Assembly: GCF_006345805.1 (NCBI RefSeq)
Contig: NW_021835053.1
Location: forward strand, 1-42,845
Length of the DNA stretch: 42,845 bases
Reading direction: 5' to 3'
DNA from: Octopus sinensis
Lineage: Eukaryota
The notes under the pieces were generated by a model that was not told where the DNA came from, ran no database searches, and worked only from the letters and a program-made list of their open reading frames with translations. The first letter of the stretch is position 1, and each line of letters starts with the position of its first letter. This document shows positions 1 through 12,290 of the stretch, piece by piece. The position numbers and the translations under genes were made by a program.

Positions 1-3000
1 TGGTACTTATTTTATTGACCATAAACATCACTGGAATTTTGGTTTAAAATTTTTGCACAAGGCCAGCAATTTCAAGAGAGTGGCTAAGTCAATTACATCA
101 ACCCCAGTGCTCAACTGGTACTTAATTATTGACAATAAACATCACTGGAATTTTGCTTTCAAATTGGCACAAGGCCAGCATTTCAGGAGAGTGTCTAAGT
201 CAATTACATCAACCCCAGTGCTCAACTGGTACTTATTTTATGACCATAAACATCACTGAAGTTTGGTTTTAATTTTGTCACAAGGCACCATTTCAGGAGA
301 AGTCTAAGTCAATTACATCAACCCCAGTGGTCAACTGGTACTTATTTTATTGATCATAAACATCACTGGAATTTTGGTTTCAAATTTCGGCACAAGGCCA
401 GCAATTTCAGGGGAGTGGTCGAAGTCAATTACTCAACCCTAGTGGCTCAACTGGTACTTTTTTATTGACCATAAACATCACTGGAATTTTGGTTTTAAAT
501 TTTGGCACAAGGCCAGCAATTTCAGGAGAGTGGCTAAGTCAATTACATGTACCCCACTGCTCAATTGGTACTTATTTTATTGACCATAACATCACTGGAA
601 TTTTGGTTTCAAATTTGGCACAACGCCACAACTTCTTGAGAGTGACGAAGTCAATTACATCAAACCCAGTGCTCAACTGGTACTTATTTCATTGACCATA
701 AACATCACAGGAGTTTTGGTTTTAGATTTTGGCACAACGCCAGCAATTTCAGGTGTGTGTCAAGTCAATTACATCAACCCCAGTGATCAACTGGTACTTA
801 TTTTATTGACCATAAACATCACTGGAATTTTGCTTTCAAATTTTGGCACAAGGCCAGCAATTCAGGAGAGTGTCTAAGTCAATTACATGTACCCCAGTGC
901 TCAACTGGTACTTATTTTATTAACCATAAACATCACTGGAATTTTGGTTTCAAATTTTGGCACAAGGCCACCAATTTCAGGAGAGTGTCTAAGTCAATTA
1001 CCTCAACCCAGTGCTCAACTGGTACTTATTTATTGACCATAAACATCACTGGAATTTTGGTTTTAAATTTTGGCAGAAGGCCAGCAATTTCAGGAGAGTG
1101 TCTAAGTCAATTACATCAACCCCAGTGATCAACTGGTACTTATTATTGAACATAAACATGACTGGAATTTTGGTTTCAAATTTTGGCACAAGGCCAGCAA
1201 TTTCAGGAGAGTGGCTATGTCAATTATATGTACCCCACTGCTCAATTGGTACTTATTTTATTGACCATAAACATCACTGGAATTTTGGTTTAAAATTTTG
1301 GCAGAAGGCCAGCAATTTCAGGAGAGTGTCTAAGTCAATTACATCAACCCCAGTGCTCAACTGGTACTTATTTTATTGACCAAAATCATCACTGGAATTT
1401 TGGTTCAAATTTTGGCACAAGGCAGCAATTTCAGGAGAAGTGGCTAAGTCAATTACATCAACCCCAGTGCTCAACTGGTACTTATTTTATGTCCATACCA
1501 TAAACATCACTGGAATTTTGGTTTCAAATTTTGCACAAGGCCAGCAATTTCAGGAGAGTGGCTAAGTCAATTACATCAACACCAGTGCTCAACTGGTACT
1601 TAATTTATTGACAATAAACATCACTGGAATTTTGCTTTCAAATTTTGGCACAAGGCCAGCAATTTCAGGAGAGTGTCTAAGTCAATTACATCAACCCCAG
1701 TGCTCAACTGGTACTTATTTTATTGACCATAAACATCACTGGAAGTTTGGTTTTAAATTTTGTCACAAGGCCACCAATTTCAGGAGAATGTCTAAGTCAA
1801 TTACATCAACCCCAGTGGTCAACTGGTACTTATTTTATTGATCATAAACATCACTGGAATTTTGCTTTCAAAGTTTGGCACAAGGCCAGCAATTTCAGGG
1901 GAGTGTCGAAGTCAATTACCTCAACCCTAGTGCTCAACTGGTACTTATTTTATTGACCATAAACATCACTGGAATTTTGGTTTTAAATTTTGGCACAAGG
2001 CCAGCAACTTCAGGAGAGTGGCTAAGTCAATTACATGTACCCCACTGCTCAATTGGTACTTATTTTATTGACCATAAACATCACTGGAATTTTGGTTTAA
2101 AATTTTGGCACAACGCCACCAACTTCTTGAGAGTGACGAAGTCAATTACATCAAACCCAGTGCTCAACTGGTACTTATTTCATTGACCATAAACATCACA
2201 GGAGTTTTGGTTTCAAATTTTGGAATAAGGCCACCAATTCAGGAGAGTGTCTAAGTCATTACATCAACCCCAGTGCTCAACTGGTACTTATTTTATTGAC
2301 CATAAACATCACTGGAATTTTGCTTTAAATTTTGGCAGAAGGCCAGCAATTTCAGGAGAGTGTCTAAGTCAATTACATCAACCCTAGTGCTCAACTGGTA
2401 CTTATTTTATTGACCATAAACATCACTGGAATTTTGGTTCAAATTTTGGCACAAGGCCGCCAATTTCAGGAGAGTGTCTAAGTCAATTACATCAACCTAG
2501 TGCTCAACTGGTACTTATATTATTGACCATAATATCTCTGGAATTTTGGTTTCAAATTTTGGCACAAGGCCAGCAATTTCAGGAGAGTGTCTAAGTCAAT
2601 TACATCAACCCTAGTGCTCAACTGGTACTTATTTTATTGACCATAAATATCACTGGAATTTTGCTTTCAAATTTTGGCACAAGGGCACCAATTTCAGGAG
2701 AGTGTCTAAGTCAATTACATCAACCCTAATGCTCAACTGGTACTTATTTTATTGACCATAAACATCACTGGAATTTTGGTTTCAAATTTTGGCTCAAGGC
2801 CAGCAATTTCAAGACAGCGTCTATGTCAATTACATCAACTCCAGTGCTCAATTTGTATTTATTTTATTGACCATAAACATCACTGGAATTTTGGTTTTAA
2901 ATTTTGGCAGAAGGCCAGCAATTTCAGGAGAGTGGCTAAGTCAATTACATCAACCCCAGTGCTCAACTGGTACTTATTTTATTGACCATAAACATCACTG

Positions 3001-6000
3001 GAATTTTGGTTTTAAATTTTGGCACAAGGCCAGCAATTTCAGGAGAGTGTCTAAGTCAATTACATCAACCCCAGTGATCAACTGGTACTTATTTTATTGA
3101 ACATAAACATGACTGGAATTTTGGTTTTAAATTTTGGCACAAGGCCAGCAATTTCAGGAGAGTGGCTAAGTCAATTACATGTACCCCACTGCTCAATTGG
3201 TACTTATTTTATTGACCATAAACATCACTGGAATTTTGGTTTAAAATTTTGGCAGAAGGCCAGCAATTTCAGGAGAGTGGCTAAGTCAATTACATCAACC
3301 CCAGCGCTCAACTGGTACTTATTTTATTGACCAAAATCATCACTGGAATTTTGGTTTCAAATTTTGGCACAAGGCCAGCAATTTCAGGAGAGTGGCTAAG
3401 TCAATTACATCAACCCCAGTGCTCAACTGGTACTTATTTTATTGACCATAAACATCACTGGAATTTTGGTTTCAAATTTTTGCAAAGGCCAGCATTTCAG
3501 GAGAGTGGCTAAGTCAATTACATCAACACCAGTGCTCAACTGTACTTAATTTATTGACAATAAACATCACTGGAATTTTGCTTTCAAATTTTGGCACAAG
3601 GCCAGCAATTTCAGGAGAGTGTCTAAGTCAATTACATCACCCCAGTGCTCAACTGGTACTTATTTTATTGACCATAAACATCACTGGAAATTGGTTTTCA
3701 ATTTTGTCACAAGGCCCACAATTCAGGAGAATGTCTAAGTCAATTACATCAACCCCAGTGGTCAACTGGTACTTATTTTATTGATCATAAACATCACTGG
3801 AATTTTGCTTTCAAATTTTGGCACAAGGCCAGCAATTTCAGGGGAGTGTCGAAGTCAATTACCTCAACCCTAGTGCTCAACTGGTATTATTTATTGACCA
3901 TAAACATCACTGGAATTTTGGTTTTAAATTTTGGCACAAGGCCAGCAATTTCAGGAGAGTGGCTAAGTCAATTACATGTACCCCACTGCTCAATTGGTAC
4001 TTATTTTATTGACCATAAACATCACTGGAATTTTGGTTTAAAATTTTGGCACAACGCCACCAACTTCTTGAGAGTGACGAAGTCAATTACATCAAACCCA
4101 GTGCTCAACTGGTACTTATTTCATTGACCATAAACATCACAGGAGTTTTGGTTTTAAATTTTGGCACAACGCCAGCAATTTCAGGTGTGTGTCTAAGTCA
4201 ATTACATCAACCCCAGTGATCAACTGGTACTTATTTTATTGACCATAAACATCACTGGAATTTTGCTTTCAAATTTTGGCACAAGGCCAGCAATTTCAGG
4301 AGAGTGTCTAAGTCAATTACATGTACCCCAGTGCTCAACTGGTACTTATTATTAACATAAACATCACTGGAAGTTTGGTTTTAAATTTTGTCACAAGGCC
4401 ACCAATTTCAGGAGAATGTCTAAGTCAATTACATCAAACCCAGTGCTCAACTGGTACTTATTTCATTGACCATAAACATCACAGGAGTTTTGGTTTTAAA
4501 TTTTGGCACAACGCCAGCAATTTCAGGTGTGTGTCTAAGTCAATTACATCAACCCCAGTGATCAACTGGTACTTATTTTATTGACCATAAACATCACTGG
4601 AATTTTGCTTTCAAATTTTGGCACAAGGCCAGCAATTTCAGGAGAGTGTCTAAGTCAATTACATGTACCCCAGTGCTCAACTGGTACTTATTTTATTAAC
4701 CATAAACATCACTGGAATTTTGGTTTCAAATTTTGGCACAAGGCCACCAATTTCAGGAGAGTGTCTAAGTCAATTACCTCAACCCTAGTGCTCAACTGGT
4801 ACTTATTTTATTGACCATAAACATCACTGGAATTTTGGTTTTAAATTTTGGCAGAAGGCCAGCAATTTCAGGAGAGTGTCTAAGTCAATTACATCAACCC
4901 CAGTGATCAACTGGTACTTTTTTTTATTGAACATAAACATGACTGGAATTTTGGTTTCAAATTTTGGCACAAGGCCAGCAATTTCAGGAGTGTGGCTAAG
5001 TCAATTACATCAACCCCAGTGCTCAACTGGTACTTATTTTATTGACCATAAACATCACTGGAATTTTGGTTTTAAATTTTGGCAGAAGGCCAGCAATTTC
5101 AGGAGAGTGGCTAAGTCAATTACATCAACCCCAGCGCTCAACTGGTACTTATTTTATTGTCAAAATCATCACTGGAATTTTGGTTTCAAATTTTGGCACA
5201 AGGCCAGCAATTTCAGGAGAGTGGCTAAGTCAATTACATCAACCCAGTGCTCAACTGGTACTTATTTTATTGACCATAAACATCACTGGAATTTTGGTTT
5301 CAAATTTTTGCACAAGGCCAGCAATTCAGGAGAGTGGCTAAGTCAATTACATCACACCCAGTGCTCAACTGGTACTTAATTTATTGACCATAAACATCAC
5401 TGGAAATTTTGTTTCAAATTTTGGCACAAGGCCAGCAATTTCAGGAGAGTGTCTAAGTCAATTACATCAACCCCAGTGCTCAACTGGTACTTATTTTATT
5501 GACCATAAACATCACTGGAAGTTTGGTTTTAAATTTTGTCACAAGGCCACCAATTTCAGGAGAATGTCTAAGTCAATTACATCAACCCCAGTGGTCAACT
5601 GGTACTTATTTTATTGATCATAAACATCACTGGAATTTTGCTTTCAAATTTTGGCACAAGGCCAGCAATTTCAGGGGAGTGTCGAAGTCAATTACCTCAA
5701 CCCTAGTGCTCAACTGGTACTTATTTTATTGACCATAAACATCACTGGAATTTTGGTTTTAAATTTTGGCACAAGGCCAGCAATTTCAGGAGAGTGGCTA
5801 AGTCAATTACATGTACCCCACTGCTCAATTGTACTTATTTTATTGACCATAAACATCACTGGAATTTTGGTTTTAAAATTTTGGCACAACGCCCAACTTC
5901 TTGGGAGTGACGAAGTCAATTACATCAACCCAGTGCTCAACTGGTACTTATTTCATTGACCATAAACATCACTGGAGTTTGGTTTTAAATTTTGGCACAA

Positions 6001-9000
6001 CGCCAGCAATTTCAGGTGTGTGTCTAAGTCAATTACATCAACCCAGTGATCAACTGGTACTTATTTTATTGACCATAAACATCACTGGAATTTTGCTTTC
6101 AAATTTTGGCACAAGGCCAGCAATTTCAGGAGAGTGTCTAAGTCAATTACATGTACCCCAGTGCTCAACTGGTACTTATTTTATAACCATAAACATCACT
6201 GGAATTTTGGTTCAAATTTTGGCACAAGGCCACCAATTTCAGGAGAGTGTCTAAGTCAATTACATCAACCCTAGTGCTCAACTGGTACTTATTTTATTGA
6301 CCATAAACATCACTGGAATTTTGGTTTTAAAATTTTGGCAGAAGGCCAGCAATTTCAGGAGATTGTCTAAGTCAATTACATCAACCCCAGTGATCAACTG
6401 GTACTTATTTGATTAACATAAACATGACTGGAATTTTGGTTTCAATTTTGGCACAAGGCCAGCAATTCAGGAGAGTGGCTAAGTCAATTACATGTACCCC
6501 CCACTGCTCAATTGGTACTTATTTTATTGACCATAAACATCACTGGAATTTTGGTTTAAAATTTTGGCAGAAGGCCAGCAATTTCAGGAGAGTGGCTAAG
6601 TCAATTACATCAACCCCAGCGCTCAACTGGTACTTATTTTATTGACCAAAATCATCACTGGAATTTTGGTTTCAAATTTTGGCACAAGGCCAGCAATTTC
6701 AGGAGAGTGGCTAAGTCAATTACATCAACCCCAGTGCTCAACTGGTACTTATTTTATTGTCCATAAACATCACTGGAATTTTGGTTTCAAATTTTTGCAC
6801 AAGGCCAGCAATTTCAGGAGAGTGGCTAAGTCAATTACATCAACACCAGTGCTCAACTGGTACTTAATTTATTGACCATAAACATCACTGGAATTTTGCT
6901 TTCAAATTTTGGCACAAGGCCAGCAATTTCAGGAGAGTGTCTAAGTCAATTACATCAACCCCAGTGCTCAACTGGTACTTATTTTATTGACCATAAACAT
7001 CACTGGTAGTTTGGTTTTAAATTTTGTCACAGGCCACCAATTTCAGGAGAATGTCTAAGTCAATTACATCAACCCCAGTGGTCAACTGGTACTTATTTTA
7101 TTGATCATAACATCACTGGAATTTTGCTTCAATTTTGGCACAAGGCCAGCAATTTCAGGGGAGTGTCGAAGTCAATTACCTCAACCCTAGTGCTCACTGG
7201 TACTTATTTTATTGACCATAAACATCACTGGAATTTTGGTTTTAATTTTGGCACAAGGCCAGCAACTTCAGGAGAGTGGCTAAGTCAATTACATGTACCC
7301 CACTGCTCAATTGGTACTTATTTTATTGATCATAAACATCACTGGAATTTTGGTTTAAAATTTTGGCACAACGCCACCAACTTCTTGAGAGTGACGAAGT
7401 CAATTACATCAAACCCAGTGTTCAACTGGTACTTATTTCATTGACCATAAACATCACAGGAGTTTTGGTTTCAAATTTTGGCATAAGGCCAGCAATTTCA
7501 GGAGAGTGTCTAAGTCAATTACATCAACCCCAGTGCTCAACTGGTACTTATTTTATTGACCATAAACATCACTGGAATTTTGCTTTCAAATTTTGGCACA
7601 AGGCCAGCAATTTCAGGAGAGTGTCTAAGTCAATTACATCAACCCTAGTGCTCACTGGTACTTATTTTATTGACCATAAACATCACTGGAATTTTGGTTT
7701 CAAATTTTGGCACAAGGCCGCCAATTTCAGGAGAGTGTCTAAGTCAATTACATCAACCCTAGTGCTCAACTGGTACTTATTTTTTGACCATAACAATCAC
7801 TGGAATTTTGGTTTCAAATTTTGGCTCAAGGCCAGTAATTTCAAGAGAGTGGGTGAGTCAATTACATCAACTCCAGTGCTCAACTGGTACTTATTTTTGA
7901 CCAAAATCATCACTGGAATTTTGGTTTCAAATTTTGGCACAAGGCCAGCAATTTCAGGAGAGTGGCTAAGTCAATTACATCAACCCCATGCCCAATTGGT
8001 ACTTATTTTATTGACCATAAACATCACTGGAATTTTGATTTTAAATTTTGGCACAAGGCCACCAATTTCAGTTGTGGGCTAAGTCAATTACACAATCCCA
8101 CCCCAGTGCTGAACTGGTACTTATTTTATTGACCATAAGCATCACTGAATTTCGGTTTTAAATTTTGGCACAAGGCCAGTAATTTCAAGAGAGTGGGTGA
8201 GTCAATTACATCAAACCCTGTGCTCAACCGGTACTGGTATTTTATTGACCATAAACATCACTGGAATTTTGGTTTCAAATTTTGGCAGAAGGCCAGCAAT
8301 TTCAGGAGAGTGGCAAAGTCAATTACATCAACCCCAGTGCTGAACTGGTACTTATTTTATGACCATAAACATCACTGGAATTTTAGTTTTTAATTTTGGC
8401 ACAAGGCCCGCAATTTCAGGAGAGTGGCTAAGTCATTACATCAACCCCAGTGATCAACTGGTACTTATTTTATTGACCATAAACATCACTGGAATTTTGG
8501 TTTTAAATTTTGGCACAAGGCTAGCATTTCTGGAGAGTGACTAAGTCAATTACATCAACACCAGTGATCAACTGGTACTTATTTTATTGACCATAAACAT
8601 CACTGGAATTTTGGTTTTAAATTTTGGCAGAAGGCCATCAATTTCAGGAGAGTGTCTAAGTCAATTACATCAACACCAGTGATCAACTGGTACTTATTTT
8701 ATTGACCATAAACATCACTGGAATTTTGTTTTAAATTTTGGCTCAAGGCCAGCAATTTCAGGAGAGTGGCTAAGTCAATTATATCTACCCCAGTGATCAA
8801 CTGGTACTTATTTTATTGACCATAAACATCGCTGGAATTTTGGTTTTAAATTTTGGCACAAGGCTAGCAATTTCAGGTGAGTGTCTAAGTCAATTACAGC
8901 AACCACAGTGATCAACTGGTACTTATTTTATTTACCATAAACATCACTGGAATTTTGGTTTTAAATTTTGGCTCAAGGCCAGCAATTTCAGGAGAGTGGG

Positions 9001-9110
9001 TAAGTCAATTATATCTACCCCAGTGCTCAACTGGTACTTATTTTATTGACCATAAACAACACTGGAGTTTTGGTTTCAAATTTTGGCGCAAGGCCAGCAA
9101 TTTCAGGAGA
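1..9110. repeat. Satellite array, 115-bp monomer (about 79-80 copies, open at window start), SINE-derived, with higher-order repeats
   Basis: Consensus TTGACCATAAACATCACTGGAATTTTGGTTTCAAATTTTGGCACAAGGCCAGCAATTTCAGGAGAGTGTCTAAGTCAATTACATCAACCCCAGTGCTCAACTGGTACTTATTTTA (115 nt) repeats head-to-tail. It ends abruptly at ...TTTCAGGAGA (9110). Confidence 0.98.
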
Positions 9111-10690
9111 AATTAGGTGACATTAGTTTCCACATGAGCAAAAACCATGATATTGTTCTAAAGTTGGATGCAACATTTCCCTTCCCAGGATCCTTGGCAC
9201 ATAACAATGTCTGTCCCTTCGTCTTCTAGCTGGGTACTGCACCTTCCCACAAGCACTCATCTAGCTGTTGCGCTATCCTTTTACGAAGCTCTCTCAGCTT
9301 GTTTGTCCAATAACCCGTGACCCCATCCAATCCTGGGCTTTTCCGATTTGGGAATTTTCTTAACTGCTTTTTTTATCATTTCTGTAGTTATTTTTATGTC
9401 TTTTTTGCCTTCTATATTTCTTAACCTATTTTGGATTTCATGCAATCACTCAGCTTCATTATTATGATCTGCAGATTGGTCCCAGATCCCTCTCCAGAAT
9501 GCCCTACTTTCCTCTACTTCTGGTATCATTGTTATACGTAATTGCCCATCCAGTTCCTAAACAGCTCCTTCTGATTTGCTTCAAACAATCTGTTCTGCTT
9601 GAATTATTTTCTTCTATTGTAATGTCTTTCCTCTTTTGCTTTGATTGCTCCAACTCTTTGTTTCAATTCTTCCAATATCACATTATACAATTTATCTCTT
9701 ATCTCATCTGTTCTTTCCAGCATCATTCTTATACTATCGTTCTGCAATTCCCCTCTTCTCAATCTATCAAAATGTCTTTGTTCCTCACAAATTCCTCTAC
9801 ACCAGAACAGTTCTTTACGTTCTGTTTGTTCTTTCCTTTTGTATCCAATTCTATCTGCAGCAACAATTGCTGCACCCTAAATAATCTTGTTAGCATTAGT
9901 TATATTTCTCGTATGGAATAGCCCAAGAAATGAATCAACCTTGATCTTGCATCAGTCAATGTACCTCAGATTATGGGGGGAAGGGTCTTGATCCTGGTCT
10001 TCTTAAATATATCCTCTCTACATCTTGTTGGTCATCACCGTATTCTTGTGATACAGCTCTTCCTATACTTCTGCTTAATTTGTGGAGAATTCATTTACAT
10101 TTACACTTTGTTCTACATCTTCACTGCCGTTATTTATTTCTCTGTTCTCACTGGGCACGTTATCTGTTGGTGAAGGATTATTTCTGTTTTCTACTCTTCT
10201 TTTTATCTCTTCAATTTCCATGTTTTTGCTCTAATTGCTCTTGCCTGGTCACCTAACAGATGCTCACTTGTTTTGAAGAGTCCTATCTCTTTCCATTTGG
10301 CTCTCATTCATTGTCAGAATCCCCTTCTGTTGGGTTCGTTCCTGATCCAGCATTCAATTTGATTTCGTGCACAAGCAGTCTCTGGACTAAACTAGCATTG
10401 ATTTCGTGTTTTCGTTGTTTGAGTCATGCTAAACTGACCAGATCTAGAAAGACAGGCAATTTTTGGTGCACCTTTTCTACAACCTCCCCGGCCTCAAGGT
10501 GAGTGGTGCCCTCTCCAAATTGAACTGCTCAGACACCCATGCAGCAACTGAATTTTACCACTGTCTTGGGCGGCAAGGAGATGATTTTATATCTAGCATG
10601 GGCCACCTACGTGCAGGTCGCTGACTACATGCTTTCAACCTGTAAGGTCTGCTTGCTTCACCACCTTCCCTTCACTGTTGGACTTCCGAA
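9111..10690 (-). mobile_element. Decayed R4/Dong-clade (RLE-type) non-LTR retrotransposon, 5' portion only (5'UTR, N-terminal region, start of RT)
   Basis: Manual minus-strand translation gives IECWIRNEPNRRGF*Q*MRAKWKEIGLFKTSEHLLGDQARAIR..EIEEIKRR (about 10340-10200) and [65 protein letters not shown] (about 9340-9120). These match the R4/Dong N-terminal and RT domain 0-1 motifs. Stops and frameshifts are present. The 5' boundary is approximate. Confidence 0.8.
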
Positions 10691-10691
10691 T

Positions 10692-10818
10692 AAAAATAAA
10701 ATAAAAATATACTAAAAATGAATGCATGTATAAATATATACTAAGAATAAAGATACATATATACTGAAAATAAAATAAATAAATAAATAAATATATATAT
10801 ATATATATATATATATTT
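10692..10818. repeat. AT-rich low-complexity tract with (AAAT)n and (TA)n
   Basis: Seen directly in the sequence. Confidence 0.9.
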
Positions 10819-11254
10819 AGGGGGAAAAAATCAGCACACATCGAGCAGAGGTCAGCAATGCCTGACCACAGGTGTAGGTCTAATAAGGCTTGCACGATAT
10901 CTCATAGACCCTCTCCACTTTATTGTCATTACCCAGAGACAAATCAAAGTGAGATGTCTGGTGCCAATATGAGTCATAGGCTCAGGGATGTGGGAACGCC
11001 ATGATCTCTAGCACAAACCAAAGATCCCCAAAATTTCCACTGCCGTTCCCTGCATATCTGGTTTTATATCAGAGTGACCTTCTAGAAACATGCTTCAACA
11101 GAAGCTGAGGGGCACCTCACTCCCAGTGGTCTGTCAGCACGCCAGACACCATCCCAGAAATTCTGCATACGCGGTCTATTGCATTAGGTTCATCCGACTT
11201 CTTGTTTGTAATCTTGCTGGGTTTCTAGCAACCCTCCTCACCAGGATATTCTGG

Positions 11255-11345
11255 TGGGCGTACCAGTTTAGTTGCCAACAACCCAACTATGCAACATATT
11301 GTACTGGATATACTAATAAAAGGTTTCAGCAAAGATTTGCTTCAC
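11255..11345 (+). pseudogene. Possible GIY-YIG endonuclease remnant (Penelope-like element)
   Basis: The end of ORF 11090-11362 reads WAYQFSCQQPNYATYCTGYTNKRFQQRFAS. This resembles the PLE GIY-YIG pattern VYxFxC...ATYIGYT..xFxQRF..H. It is short and degenerate. Confidence 0.4.
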
Positions 11346-11536
11346 CACACACTGAAGTTTAGAAATAGCAGCCAAAAATCTTAGCTATTTCTTCTACTTT
11401 AAAAAGGGTCTTCCAGAGAAACCGAATAACCTTCAAGTATTTTGGTTTCTCTGGAAGACCCTTTTTAAAGTAGAAGAAATAGCTAAGATTTTTGGCGGCT
11501 ATTTCTAAACTTCGGTGTGTGGTGAAGCAAATCTTT
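11331..11536. repeat. Near-perfect inverted repeat (hairpin): 93-bp arms, 20-nt spacer
   Basis: Left arm 11331-11423 (AAAGATTTGCTTCACC...CCAGAGAAACC) is the reverse complement of 11444-11536 (GGTTTCTCTGG...GGTGAAGCAAATCTTT), with 2 mismatches counted by eye. Confidence 0.95.
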
Positions 11537-11647
11537 ATCTAAGTTTGCCGTGAAACGGTCCTTTTTTCATACTGAATTCTACTTGGTGAAATTATTGATT
11601 CCTTCTTAATTAATCAATTTTACCCTTTGTTATTATTATTATATATG

Positions 11648-11686
<39 letters not shown>

Positions 11687-11694
11687 TCACACAT

Positions 11695-12290
11695 CATCAT
11701 CATCATCATAGTTGTTTAACGTCTGCTTTCCATGCTGGCATGGGTTGGACGGTTTGACTGAGGGCTGGTGAGCCAGAAGGCCGTACCAGGCTCAGTCTGA
11801 TCTGGCAGAGTTTCTACAGCTGGTTGCCCTTCCTAGTGCTAACCACTCCTAGAGTGTAGTGGGTGATTTTACGTGCCACCAGCACGCGAGCCAGTCAGTC
11901 GGTTTTGGCAACATCCATGCTCAAAGGTGTTTTATGGCATTGACCACACTTGAATGTTATCCTTTCACATGGCATCGGCACATGTGCCGGTAAGGCAGTG
12001 CTGGCGACGATCATGCTCGAATGGTGCATTTTACGTGCCACCAGCATGGGAGCCAATCAGCTTGGATGTGCTTTCAATGTTCCACTGGCACAAGTGCCAA
12101 TCAAGCAGTACTGTCATCAGCCATGTCTGCAATTCTGATTTTGTTTTCACTTGCCTCAACAGGTCTTTGCAAGCGAAGTTTATTGTCCAATGAATGCAGG
12201 GTACTTGTAAGTGGGCTGGTTACACCTACTGGCATAGGCCATGGGTTATGCTCTCACTTGGCTTGTTGAGTCTTCTCAAGCATGTGTATA
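11695..12290 (-). mobile_element. Octopus-type SINE / composite short retroelement with (GAT)n tail
   Basis: The reverse strand carries GGGCAACCAGCTGTAGAAAC...CCAACCCATGCCAGCATGGAAAGCAGACGTTAAAC followed by (GAT)n. The same core recurs at about 21500 (+) and about 22150 (-). Confidence 0.75.

Noticed and set aside
1-7200. Scattered single-base indels in monomers as biological variation
   Set aside because: They are mostly in homopolymers and clustered (e.g. 240-450 and 5800-6500), consistent with long-read consensus error. Only substitutions were used for HOR inference.
53-8544. Dozens of ORFs in the 115-bp satellite (MTINITGIL..., KHHWNFGFKFW...)
   Set aside because: They are translations of the monomer cycling through three frames, mostly with non-ATG starts and frequent indels. 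There is no sign of codon-level constraint.
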